From positions 1-30,184 of the forward strand of contig QPMI01000711.1 of assembly GCA_004431415.1 (NCBI GenBank): 30,184 nt of DNA, written 5' to 3'. A program made the translations under genes and the position numbers. Below the pieces are notes generated by a model, which made no database searches, was not told the DNA's origin, and saw only the letters and a program-made list of their open reading frames with translations. The first letter of the stretch is position 1; each line of letters starts with the position of its first letter. This document shows positions 7,377-17,317 of this stretch, in pieces. Source of the DNA: Cyanophora paradoxa CCMP329 (taxonomy: Eukaryota > Plantae > Glaucophyta).

Positions 7377-10300
7377 ATGGGCGGAGGCAAGAGCAAAGCC
7401 AAGCCGCGGCCTCCTGCGGAACCTCCTCCTCCTCCTCCTCCTCCTCCCGCTGTACCGCCGCCGCCTGCCGCTGCACCGTCGAGTGCGGCCGAATTGGCCG
7501 CCGAGCGGGAGCGGCGCAGAGCACATGTCGAGGCCGCAAGGGACTCCGGGGAGCAGCAGCTTCATTCAAAAGCGGCAAGGGCGCGCGCGCTCGCACACGT
7601 GAGGGTCTTGGTCGTCAGGTCTCTTTCCGCGCCGCGCCCGCTTAGCTATAGGCAACGGAGCGCCCTGTGGCGATGCGCAGGAGTTCTCATATATCTTCTT
7701 CTGCAGCACACAGACGGACACGTCGCTCGAACGCGTCGCCCTCCACGGCATTTTCCCGAAGCTCGCCGCGAAGCGCGTCCACCCCGCGCAAGGCAAGCTG
7801 GCGTCGCCTTTCCAGAGCGTCGGCGTGCAAGTGGCGGGCGTGGACCTCCTCTCTGGGCTCACAAAGCTCGAGGCCGAGGCCGCTCTGCGGTCGGGCACGG
7901 TGGGCGCTGTCCAGTCCCGCCCGTCCGTCGGCGAGCGCCTTTAACGCCGGCGCAGCTGGAGAGCGCATACCTGAGAGAGATCGACGAGTACAGGCCGTTC
8001 ATCATCGCCGTGGTCGGCGCCAGCGCGGCGCAGCCGTCCCCTTCCCCTCCCCCTCCCGCTCGGCGCACCCCCTCCCCGTCCCCAGCGCCTCCGGATCCCC
8101 CGGGGGCCGCACCACCGCCGAATGCTCCGGATGGCCCCAGCTCGACCGCCGCTGCTGAGCTACTGACGGCGGCGCCTGGCGCGGTGCCCGTCGAGGGCGC
8201 AGCGGGCGCCGGGGACGACCCCGCGCCGCCCCAGCCCGAGGAAGCGCATCGGTTCCCAGAAGAGGAGGAGGAGGAGGAAGACGGGGCGCGGCTGGGCGAG
8301 CGGTGCGCGTGCGCAGAGCTCGGGCCTCCCCGCCGGCTCCCGCCTGGGCCCCGCCAAGCGTGCCCTGGAAACAGGGTCCTGGAGCGCGTGCTGGAGGCGG
8401 CCGTGCTGGGCGAGGCCGTCCCCGAGGCCCAGCGCCGCCGCGCCGTCCTCTGCCTCCCCCGCCCCACCCGCCCCGGCCCCGACGACGCCCCCGGCTCCCT
8501 GCGCGCCCGCCTGCGCCGCCTCCAGGGGCCCAGGCTCCTCGACGGGTACGACGACCCGCGCGACGCAGCCGCCTTCGCCCTCCAGGCCCGCCCCCCGACC
8601 CTCGCCCCTCGCTCGGCGGCGCTCTCCTCACAGGCTCGCGCAGAGCCTGCAGGAGCTGATTGCGGGGGAGCTCCGGGGCGGGGGGGCCGGCGGCGGCGAG
8701 CAGGGGTACGACGCACTGGGGGAGTACCTGCGGGCGGCCTGCGAGGGGACCGCCGAGCGCCCCACCGCCCTGGCTCACCTGAACCTCGAGGTCCTCGCCC
8801 CCCCGGGGGGCGACGATGGTGACGACGAAGCCGACGGGGAGGCCGCGCGGGTGCGCTCCCGCCCCGCGCCGCGGCAGCCGCGCCCCGCGGCCCCTCACGA
8901 ACCCTCGCTCGCGATCGCGCCAGGCGTCGCCGCGCGACGGCGCGCCGGGCTGGGGCCCGAGCTGCCCCCGCGATGGCCGGCGGGGCGCGCGTGCTGCTCC
9001 GCGCTGCCCCGGCGCCGGCCGCACGGCCCTCCTCGCCCGCTGGTGCCCCTGCCCCCGGCCTCGTCCTCTCGCCTCCCCCTCAGCTTTGCGCAGGGCGTCG
9101 TCGCTGCGGGGGCGCCCCGAGCGGTACGCGCTGGTCGCCCACTTCGAGGAGGGGCCCGAGCCGCCCCCGGGGGCCCCCACCCCCCTCCAGCCCTCCCTCC
9201 CCGCCCCTCTCCCCGCCCGCCCCCCGCCGCCGGTGGCGGCCTGCCTCCGGGCGTGGGGCGCCGGGCTGCGGGCCTTCCTGGGGGGCCCCTGGGGCCCCGA
9301 CGAGGAGGAGGCGCTGGAGAGCGGGGCCGAGGAGCGGGGGGCCGGCCTGCCGCCGGGTTCCATCGCGCTGCGGGCCCTCCTCGCGAGGGCGGCGGCGCGG
9401 GCGGCCGCCGAGGGGCGCGCCCTCGTCCTCCTCGCCGACTGCAGCCTCGAGCGGCTCGGGCCGTGGCTCCCGCCGCACGTGCCCGCGCCGCCGCCCTCGT
9501 CCTCTCCGCGGGGCTGACCGCCCAGGCGCCCCCGGGCTGGCGCGCCCTCGACCTGCCCCCGCTCTCCCCCGACGAGCGCCGCGCCGCCGCCTCCGCCGCC
9601 GCCGCCGCCAGCGGCCGGCACGAGCTCCCCGCCGCACTGCTCGATGCGGTGGCGGCGTCGGAGGCGTGCGGGGACGGCCTCTACCTCCGCCTCCTCCTCG
9701 GCGCCGCCCTCGCCCCGGACGCCGCCGCCGGCCCCGCGGCGGCGCCCCCGAGGAGCTCGCGGCGGGGATGCTGGGCGCCTGCCCCGACGCCGCCGGCCTC
9801 GCGGCGCGCAGCCTGGGGGAGCTCGAGGGGCGGCACCCTGCGGCTGGGCTGCGGCGGGCCCTGCGCGCCCTCCTCTGCAGCCGCGCCGGCCTCACGGACG
9901 ACGAGCTCGTCGAGCTCGCCGGCGCCCTCCCCTCTCCTGGGCCGCCGCCGCCGCCTCCGCCGCCACCCGCCGCCTCCTCCGCCGCGCCCCGGGGCCCCTC
10001 GCAGAGGCCGGGACGGCCACCCGGGGGCGAGCGCTGGGTGCTGGCCGGCCCCGCCGCGCGCCGGGCGGTGGAGGAGCGCTTCGGGCTGGCCCGGGCGGCG
10101 ACGCCCGCGCGGGGGCCCACAGCCGCCTCGCCGACTTCTTCGCTCCGCGCCTGCTCGCCGCCGCCGGCAGCGGCCCCGCGGCGCCCGCCCCCGAGGCGCT
10201 CCCGTTCGAGCTGCGGCGAGCCATCGCGGAGCTCCCCTGGCAGCTCGCCGAGAGGCGCGCCCCCGAAACCCGCCTGCTCGCCCGCCCCGGCCGGCCGGCG

Positions 10301-11980
10301 CCCGCCTGACTCCTTCTGGCTGCGCAGCGGGCGGTGCGGGGAGCTGCGGCGCTGCCTCGCCGACGAGCGCGTCGCCGCCTTCTACCTCTCCCGTCCGCCC
10401 CGCCCCTTCCTTCGCCCGTCGCCCCTCACGCCCCTCCCGCAGTGCGCGGCGCGGCCGGCGAGGAGGAGTACCGCGAGCTCTGGGCGCGGGCGGGGGCGGC
10501 CCCCGGCGCCGGCCCGCACCCGCTGGGGCCCCTCGCCTCGCAGCTGGCGGGGCGGGGCGGGCCCCGCGCCCTCGCCCTCCTCCGCCGGTCGCGGCGCACA
10601 TGGCGCGGGAGGGGGCCGGCGACGCGGCGCGGGCGGCGCTGGCGCTGGCGGTGGCGCACGTGCGGCGGGAGGGCGGCGCGGGGCCCGAGGCGTTGGCGGA
10701 GGCCCTCGGGGAGCTGGCCGCCTGCGCCGCGGCCGCGGGGACGGCGCCTACGCCGCCGCCCTCCTCTCCGACGCCGCCGCCGCCCTCGAGCCGCCCCGCC
10801 CGAGCCGCCCGAGGCGGCCGAGGCGCCCCGCCGCCGAAGAGCGAGGCCCTCGCCCGCGCCCTCCGGCGGCTCGGGGCGGCGGCGCAGCGGGGCGGGTCGC
10901 GCGGGGCGGCCCTGGCGGCCTTCCGGCGGGCGGCGCTGGCGCACCCCGCCGGCGACCCGCTGGCCCTCCTCGCGTCCGCCCGCTGCGCCGCCCGCCCCGC
11001 CGAGGCCGACGCCCTCCTCCAGGCGGGCCCTCTTCCCTCGCCCCCCTCGAGCCCCCGCCTGACAGCGGCCCCGCGCAGGAGGCCGAGGGGCTCCTGGAGG
11101 GCGTCGTGGGCCCCGCCCACCCCCGCACCGCCGCCGCCGCCGAGCACGTGCGCCTGCTTGCTCCCCCCACTCCCGCACCCGTTCCTTCGACGAGGCCCGG
11201 GGCCGGACGGCAGCGGAGCGAGCTCGCGCGGGCGGCCGGCGACGCGGCGGGGCGGCGCGCCACTGCGAGCGCGCGCTCGCGGCCTGGCGCTGCAGCCTGG
11301 GGGACGCGAACCCCTACGTCGCCGCCTCCCTCTCCCAGCTCGCCGGGCGCGCCGGCCGCTACCCCTCCTCACTCCCTCCTTCCTTCCGCTGAGGCCGCCG
11401 GGGCGCGCAGTGCGGGGCGGGCCTGGGGAGCTGGCGAGGGCGCGGGGCCTGTACGAGGCGGCGCGGGGCGTGCTGGCGGCGCTCTACGGCGAGGGCGACG
11501 CGCGCACGGCCGCCGCCGCGTGCTGCGTCGCCGACTGCCTGCGCCTCGCCCCGGCCGCGGCCCGCCCGACCTCGCCGCCGCCCGCCGCCTCTACGAGGCC
11601 GCCCTGCCCCGCCTCCGCGCCGGCTCGGCCTCCCCGCGCGGCCGCCTCGCTGCCGCGCGGGCGGCCGGCGGGCTCGCTGAGTGCTGCCGGCGGCTCGCGG
11701 GGAGAACGCGGCGGGCCTGGAGGAGCGAGGCGCGGCCCTCCTGCGCGCCGCCGAGCACTACCGCGAGGCGGCCGAGGCGCAGGCGGCCCTCGCCGCCGCC
11801 CTCCGCGCCGCCGGCTCCCCCGACGCGGCGGCGGCCGCAGCGGAGGCGGCGGCGGAGCGGAGCGCGCAGCGTTGCCTCGAGGAGATGGAGGCGGGCGCCG
11901 GCGACGGAGGCGGCGCCTTCTCTCGCACGGAATCGCTTATGCCGGCCGACGTCGAACTTCTCGGCAGCTTTCACTTCTGA
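7377..11980 (+). CDS. DUF4062 + NACHT-like + TPR protein (nephrocystin-3/TTC41-like), predicted N-myristoylated
   Basis: Starts MGGGKS. DUF4062-like segment VRVLVVS|TQTDTSLERVALHGIFPKL...VQVAGVDL...LREIDEYRPFIIAVVG. P-loop-like PGAGRTALLARW, then SRAGLTDDEL and ELPWQLAES|GRCGELRRCLAD. Kinesin-light-chain-type TPRs GPAHPRTAAA and ARGLYEAARGVLAALYGEGDARTA. Stop TGA at 11978-11980. Multiple introns and some homopolymer frameshifts. Confidence 0.75.
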
Positions 11981-12126
11981 CGCTAAAGCAACGCGAGGGA
12001 CAGATGTTACTAAGATTATGGATAGATATCCTGATGAGCTAATCTACGAAGGCCGGGTGGGGTCCTCCGCCGGAACCCGCCAGGGCAGCGGACGCAAGTC
12101 CGGCGGGCTCATCCTAGGCGGACAGT

Positions 12127-12546
12127 TCACTTGAAGACCGCCTCGTTGCACTTCCACTTGGTCACTTCCGCGGGCGCGAGCATCTTGTTGGGGTTCGGGC
12201 CCTGCAGGCGATGGAGCGGCGGCCGAATCAGCGACTCCCACCGCGGGCACGCGGCGCTTCAGCTAAGCTGCGCGCTGTTAGGGCACAACGCACCCCCCGA
12301 TATGGGGACTTGCCCGTCCTGTCGTTCTGCGGGGCCAAGCCGCGTTAGAAGGCCATCGGGAGGTTGCGCGGCGGGAGTCGCTCACCCCGCCGAACCCGCG
12401 AGCCCAGCCGACGAGGGCGCCCATCAACGAGAACGCGCCGGCTGCGCGGCGTGTCGTTGTCAGGTGCGCCGGTCGCGCGGCCTGGCTTCCTTGCAAATGC
12501 GCTGGGCACCGATGATCACGAGCGGAGGGAGGGCCTCGAGCGCCAT
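12127..12546 (-). CDS. NDUFA1: 66-aa single-TM protein, probably complex I subunit NDUFA1 (MWFE)-like; four exons
   Basis: Exons 12546-12510, 12441-12386, 12326-12294 and 12201-12127, joined by GT-AG introns of 68, 59 and 92 nt, give MALEALPPLVIIAGAFSLMGALVGWARGFGGNDRTGKSPYRGGPNPNKMLAPAEVTKWKCNEAVFK*. The N-terminal EALP.L.II.G....MG pattern fits NDUFA1, but the usual D.W..M..RD motif is not seen. Confidence 0.55.
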
Positions 12547-12645
12547 GGCTGCGTTGGCAAGCTGTCGACCCGAGGGAATGAGCCCGGGAAGGGTACAGCC
12601 CAGCGCAATAACTCAAGCCCGGTAAGCTAGCCGGCATCAACAAGC
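12547..12645. promoter_or_regulatory. 99-bp putative bidirectional promoter (NDUFA1-like / SufD)
   Basis: Divergent ATGs at 12546(-) and 12646(+). Confidence 0.55.
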
Positions 12646-15079
12646 ATGGCGTCCCAGGCGTTCGCCTCGCCCATCGCGGCAATCGCCCGCGGCGCTGCCG
12701 CTCTGCACGGCGCTCCGACGCTGGCCCCGAGCTGCTCGGCCATGCCGCCGGCTCGGCGCTCCAGCGGCTTCGCCTCGATAGGCCGGTGCGGCTTTCTGTA
12801 TCTAGATTCGCTCTAGATGCTGTGTTCTCTGCGCGGGAGGCGTCGCTCGAGGAAATCAGGCGCCTAGATTCTTTCGCGGGGCCCGGTCCTGGGTCCAGCC
12901 TGCGGCCCGTGCGATGCACGGGCGCACAATCGCCTTATATCGCCTGTCACTTTGCAAGCTCTCGCCTCGATGCCAACCTCGCACTTCGCAGGTCCAAGTT
13001 CCACGGAGCGGCTATGATGAGGACAGAGCGCTCGTTCAGCGCCCGGAAGCCCCGCCCCTTCGTCGCCGTTTCGGCATCGGCGCCTTCCGTTCAGGACGTC
13101 GAGCAGCCCGGCGGCGGTGAGCCGTGCAGCTTTCGCTCGCTCGGCCGTGTCTGTTCGCGCCGTTTAACGCCCGGATCGCGCCGCTGCCGCAGAGACGAGC
13201 GTGTTCGAGCCTGATGAGGTTATTGATGCCCCGGCGGAGGCGGGAGACTGGCTGGAATCGATCCTCGGCGACCACCCGAGCAAAGTCGACCACCCGACCT
13301 TCCAGGCGTGGCGCGACGAGGCCCGCGCTGCTTTTGCGCGCAAGGAATTCGTTCTGCCGACCCGGTTCGCGGTTCTGCGGCCCCGGTCGGCGTCTGCTCG
13401 CTGACGGCCACGAACAGTCGGACTGAGGGCTGGCGCTTGTCGGACCTCTCTGGCCTCGTGAAGACGCAGTTCGGCGCGCCTGTGGCGGCGAAACTCACCT
13501 CGGACGATGTGGCGGCGCTCACGCAGCTGCCCGAGGGCGACAAGACCCGCGCGGTCTTCGTTGACGGCGTCTTCCGCCCAGACCTCTCCAACCTGACCGG
13601 CCTCCCCGCGGGTGCGCCCGCGCCATCGCATGCGCCGAATACTTCCTTTTTCAAGCCTTTCCGCAGGCGTTCTGGTCGGTGGCGCGGAGGCGCTGAAGGG
13701 GAAGGCGGCGGAGCTGCCGCTGCTGGCGAACGGGCCGCACTGGCGGGACCCGCGGGCGGCGGAGATCCGGACGCTGAGCTACAGCAAGGAGAACCGGCTG
13801 CCGATGGACCGGGGCCTGAGCACCTTCGCGGCCCTCAACCAGGCCTGCTTCCGCGACGTGGCCTGCGTCTTCGTGCCCCGCGTGCGCCCCCGCCCCTTCT
13901 CCCCGTCCGCCTCCCCCGAACGAACCCCCTGCGCGCAGGGCGTGACGGTGGAGGCGCCGATCCACGTGGTCTTCGTGTCGGACAGCACGGGCCCCAACAC
14001 GGCCCGGCACCCGCGCTGCGTCGCCGTCTTCGAGGAGGACTCCTCCGCCACCCTCGTCGAGGTCCCCCCACTTTCTTCCGCCCTCCCCTCCGCCCCTTGC
14101 CAACCGTCCCGGCGCGCAGGAGTACGTCTCCAAGTCCTCTCCGGAGGCGTCCGGGAGCTGCTTCACGAACAGCGTGACGGACGTGCACGTCGGCGACCGC
14201 GCCGCCCTCAAGCACGTCTTCGTCCAGGACGTCCCCTCCTCCGAGTACAGCATCGCCATGTCCGCCCCGCGCCTCTCTCCCGCTCCGCCGCCGCCCCCGG
14301 GCCGACGCCTCGGGCGGGGCAGGACGGCGGTGCGGCAGGGGCAGGAGAGCCGGTACACGGCGGTGGCGGCGGCGGTCGGCGGCAAGGTCTCCCGCCACGA
14401 CCTCGACGTCGAGCTCACCGCTGAGGGCAGCGAGACCAAGGTCAGCGCCCCCCGGCCACGGCCCCCGCCCCCGCTTCCGTCGCCGCGCCCTCCGACGCGC
14501 CGCCCGCGCGAGCAGATCCGGGGCCTGACGGTGGTCAGCGACAAGACGGTGGCGGAGACGCAGAGCCGGCTGCAGCACCGGCGGCCGCACGCGGCGTCGG
14601 ACCACGTGCACACGTGCATCGCGGCCGGCCAGGCGCGCGCCGTCTTCTCCGGCAAGATCCAGGTCGCCAAGGAGGCCCAGCAGACCGTGCGCCCTCGGCC
14701 CCCCGCGATCACCCCCGTGCGCCGGCTCCGCTCAGCCCGTCGCTGGCAGAACGCGGGGCAGCTGTCGCGGTCGCTGCTGCTGAACAACCGGGCGCGCGTG
14801 GAGCTGATGCCGGTGCTGGAGATCCGGGCGGACGACGTCAAGTGCACGCACGGGGCGACGTGCTCGGACCTCGACCAGGACGAGCTCTTCTACTTCGAGT
14901 CGCGCGGCATCGACAAGACCACGGCCCGCGAGCTCATGGTCCTCTCCTTCGCCTCGGGCGCCCTCTCCGAGGTCCCCTACCCCGCCCTCGTCTCCCGCGT
15001 CCAGGCCCGCGCCCGCGCCGTCCTCCCCGGCATATCAGACCCCGCCGGCCTCTACCGCAAGAGCGGCCAGCTCGCCTGA
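12646..15079 (+). CDS. sufD: Plastid-targeted Fe-S cluster assembly protein SufD; 10 exons
   Basis: Transit peptide MASQAFASPIAA...R|SKFHGAAMM. Motifs LPTR|RTEGWRLSDL, VFVDGVFRPDLS, FAALNQAC, HPRCV, ARAVFSGKIQVAKEAQQT|NAGQLSRSLLL and PVLEIRADDVKCTHGAT...ELFYFESRGI. GT-AG introns at 12786-12991, 13117-13192, 13365-13417, 13612-13666, 13882-13938, 14062-14119, 14260-14322, 14441-14515 and 14687-14749. Confidence 0.93.
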
Positions 15080-15655
15080 GCGAGCGCCCGCCGCCCCCGG
15101 CCCCGCGCCGCCCCCCGTCGCCCGCCCGGCCCTCCGACGCGCCCACTCTTGAGCTCAAGGCGCTTTCGCCCCCCCTCTCCCCTCGAGCTCCAACCCCCTC
15201 GCCACCCGCCCGCCGTCTCGAGCGTCTACCCCCTCCGGCGGGGTCAACTGCACCGTACCCCGCCATACATGCAGCCGACAGATCTTTCCCGGCCTCGTAT
15301 ATAGGATAATATTGCTGCGTTTAACGTTAGCCTGCGTATTCAAATCGTCGTTGATCACTTTTCAATTTAAAATACGGTTCGCAAGGTACTAAGTGTCTCG
15401 AGCCAATAGGATCGAAGTCTGCAAGGTCCTGAACGACCAATCAGACTTTTTCCCCCACAATCGAGCCAATCAGATGCCAGGGAATATTAATCGAATCAAT
15501 CACATCACGTGCACATGCGCATGCAAGCTGAAGCTAGACATATGCATGCATATCATATCAGAAGAGCCTCCGGTTAGCTCATGAGCTCCGGTCCGTCGAC
15601 GTCGGGCATAGGCCGCATAGCTAAGGTGTCAATCAGGATTCAAGAGAGGGCAGAC

Positions 15656-17032
15656 TCAGGCGAAGGGGTTGTAGGGCTGCGCGGGGGGCGCGGAGAGGGC
15701 GGGCTGGAGGCCAGGGGCGGTGGAGAGGGCGGAGGCGAGGGCGGGGGGCGCCGAGGGCGCCGAGGCGAGGGGGCTGTCGAAAGGGTTCTGGGGGCTCAGG
15801 GGCGCGTGCCCCGCGGGGGGGTCGGCGAACGGGTTGTCGCCGGCGGCCGAGTAGTTCGAGCTGGTGGGCAGCAGCACCTCGGTCCCGGGGAGCGACGAGG
15901 AGCGCTCTCGTACCGGCTCCAGCGGCAGGCCCGGCACCGGCGCCGAGACCGAGCTCTGCCACGCCCCCGCCCCCTCAGCCGCCGCCCCAGCCGAGCGGGA
16001 CCAAGGGCTCGCGGGCAGGGACGGGCGGCGGACCTGGAGGGAGGGCTGCGCGAACGCCGCCGAGACCGATGGCGCAGGCGCGAGGCTAACAGCGTCGTCG
16101 AAGCCTGGGGCAGGGCGCCGCTCAGGGGCGGCCGGGGCGGGCGCGTGGGGGGCGGGGCGGGGCGGGGCGGGGCGGCGGGGCGAGGCGGGCGGGCACCCTC
16201 GATGAGGAGGAGCTCCTCGACGCGCGCTTTGGTCGACTTTTTGCCGCCCCCGTCGACCTCCCCGGCCTCCTCCTCCTCCTCCTTCTTCTCCTTCTTCGCC
16301 TCCCGCTTCTTGCCCGGCTCCTTGGCGAACTCGAACTTCAACCGCACGTGCACCGTGCCTGCAGTGGCCGCGCGCGCCTCAGCAGCCGCAGGCCGCCGGG
16401 ACTCGCGAGGCCCGGGAAGGGCCCCATACCGGACTCGATTGTGGCGTTGCCGCTCTTGCGGGTGACCACGAGGGGCTGGTCGACGACGCGCTTCTCGAGC
16501 GCCATCTTGTCGAAGCGTACGCGCACGCTGCCCACGATCTTGCCCTGGGTGAAGTCCATGAGAAAGATCTGACATCAGACGCACGCATTAGCTGGTGAAC
16601 AACTGCGGCATGGCTCTCAGGGCAGCAGGTCCCGAGTACTGCGCAGACCGACCTCGATCTGCGGCGGGTCGTCCTCTGTTACATCAATTTCGAACTGCAT
16701 CAAGGTCGCTCGTGGTCAGGGCGGTCGCGGGAGGCCGGTTCGCCCCCAACGCCCGACTCACGCTCTCGTTCCAGCCCGCGCTTCGCCCGTCGACGGCCTT
16801 GTATCTCCTCGTCTGTTGCGTCTGCTTTCGACCGAACCTGCTCCGCATCAGACCGGGGAGATGAATGCCGCCGCTTGACTCACCGCAGCGCGACGCAGAA
16901 CTCTCGCTGGCCGAGCATCGCACGTGTCGCGCCCGAGGTCAGGGCGTACATAACGCTCGATTTGCGACTAGCGTTCTTGTACTTCTCGGCGCCATAGACA
17001 GCTACGTGCAGAGTTCCGTCGAGCCGCTCCAT
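15656..17032 (-). CDS. C2-domain protein with three C-terminal NPF motifs (putative endocytic adaptor)
   Basis: Spliced product MERLDGTLHVAVYGAEKY...FCVALR|FGRKQTQQTRRYKAVDGRSAGWNES|FEIDVTEDDPPQIE|IFLMDFTQGKIVGSVRVRF...|GTVHVRLKF follows the classic C2 strand order. The tail has DNPFAD, QNPFDS and YNPFA*. Confidence 0.8.
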
Positions 17033-17317
17033 GGCTCCGGGCGTGCTAGACGCGCCAGCTGAACGAGACGCGCCGCAGGACTGCCAGTATTGCTGCCGCG
17101 CTGCAGGCTCCGAGCTTCAGATTGGTGAGGGCCGTACCCCAAGACTGTGGTTTGTACCCCCAGAAAGAAGCTTGGCATAGCTTGCAGGCGCCGACACTCC
17201 TCCGGGCCTGCGGGAGTAGAGTCAGCAAAAGATCTGAAAAAGCGCGCTAGCCAGGGCCGCCCCCATGAAGCTAACAGTGCTCCTGCGCACCTTCCAGCTG
17301 AGCTAGCAAGCTGATAA
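17033..17317. promoter_or_regulatory. 285-bp putative bidirectional promoter (C2 protein / Sfi1-like)
   Basis: Divergent ATGs at 17032(-) and 17318(+). Confidence 0.5.

Noticed and set aside
13882-14749. Four stop-free 3n introns in SufD (57, 63, 75, 63 nt) that would escape NMD if retained
   Set aside because: 4 of 9 is compatible with the one-third chance expectation, and GC-rich introns rarely contain stops.
16130-16200. GGGGC runs as functional G-quadruplexes
   Set aside because: They are the reverse complement of the C-rich intron tract found throughout the window; not locus-specific.
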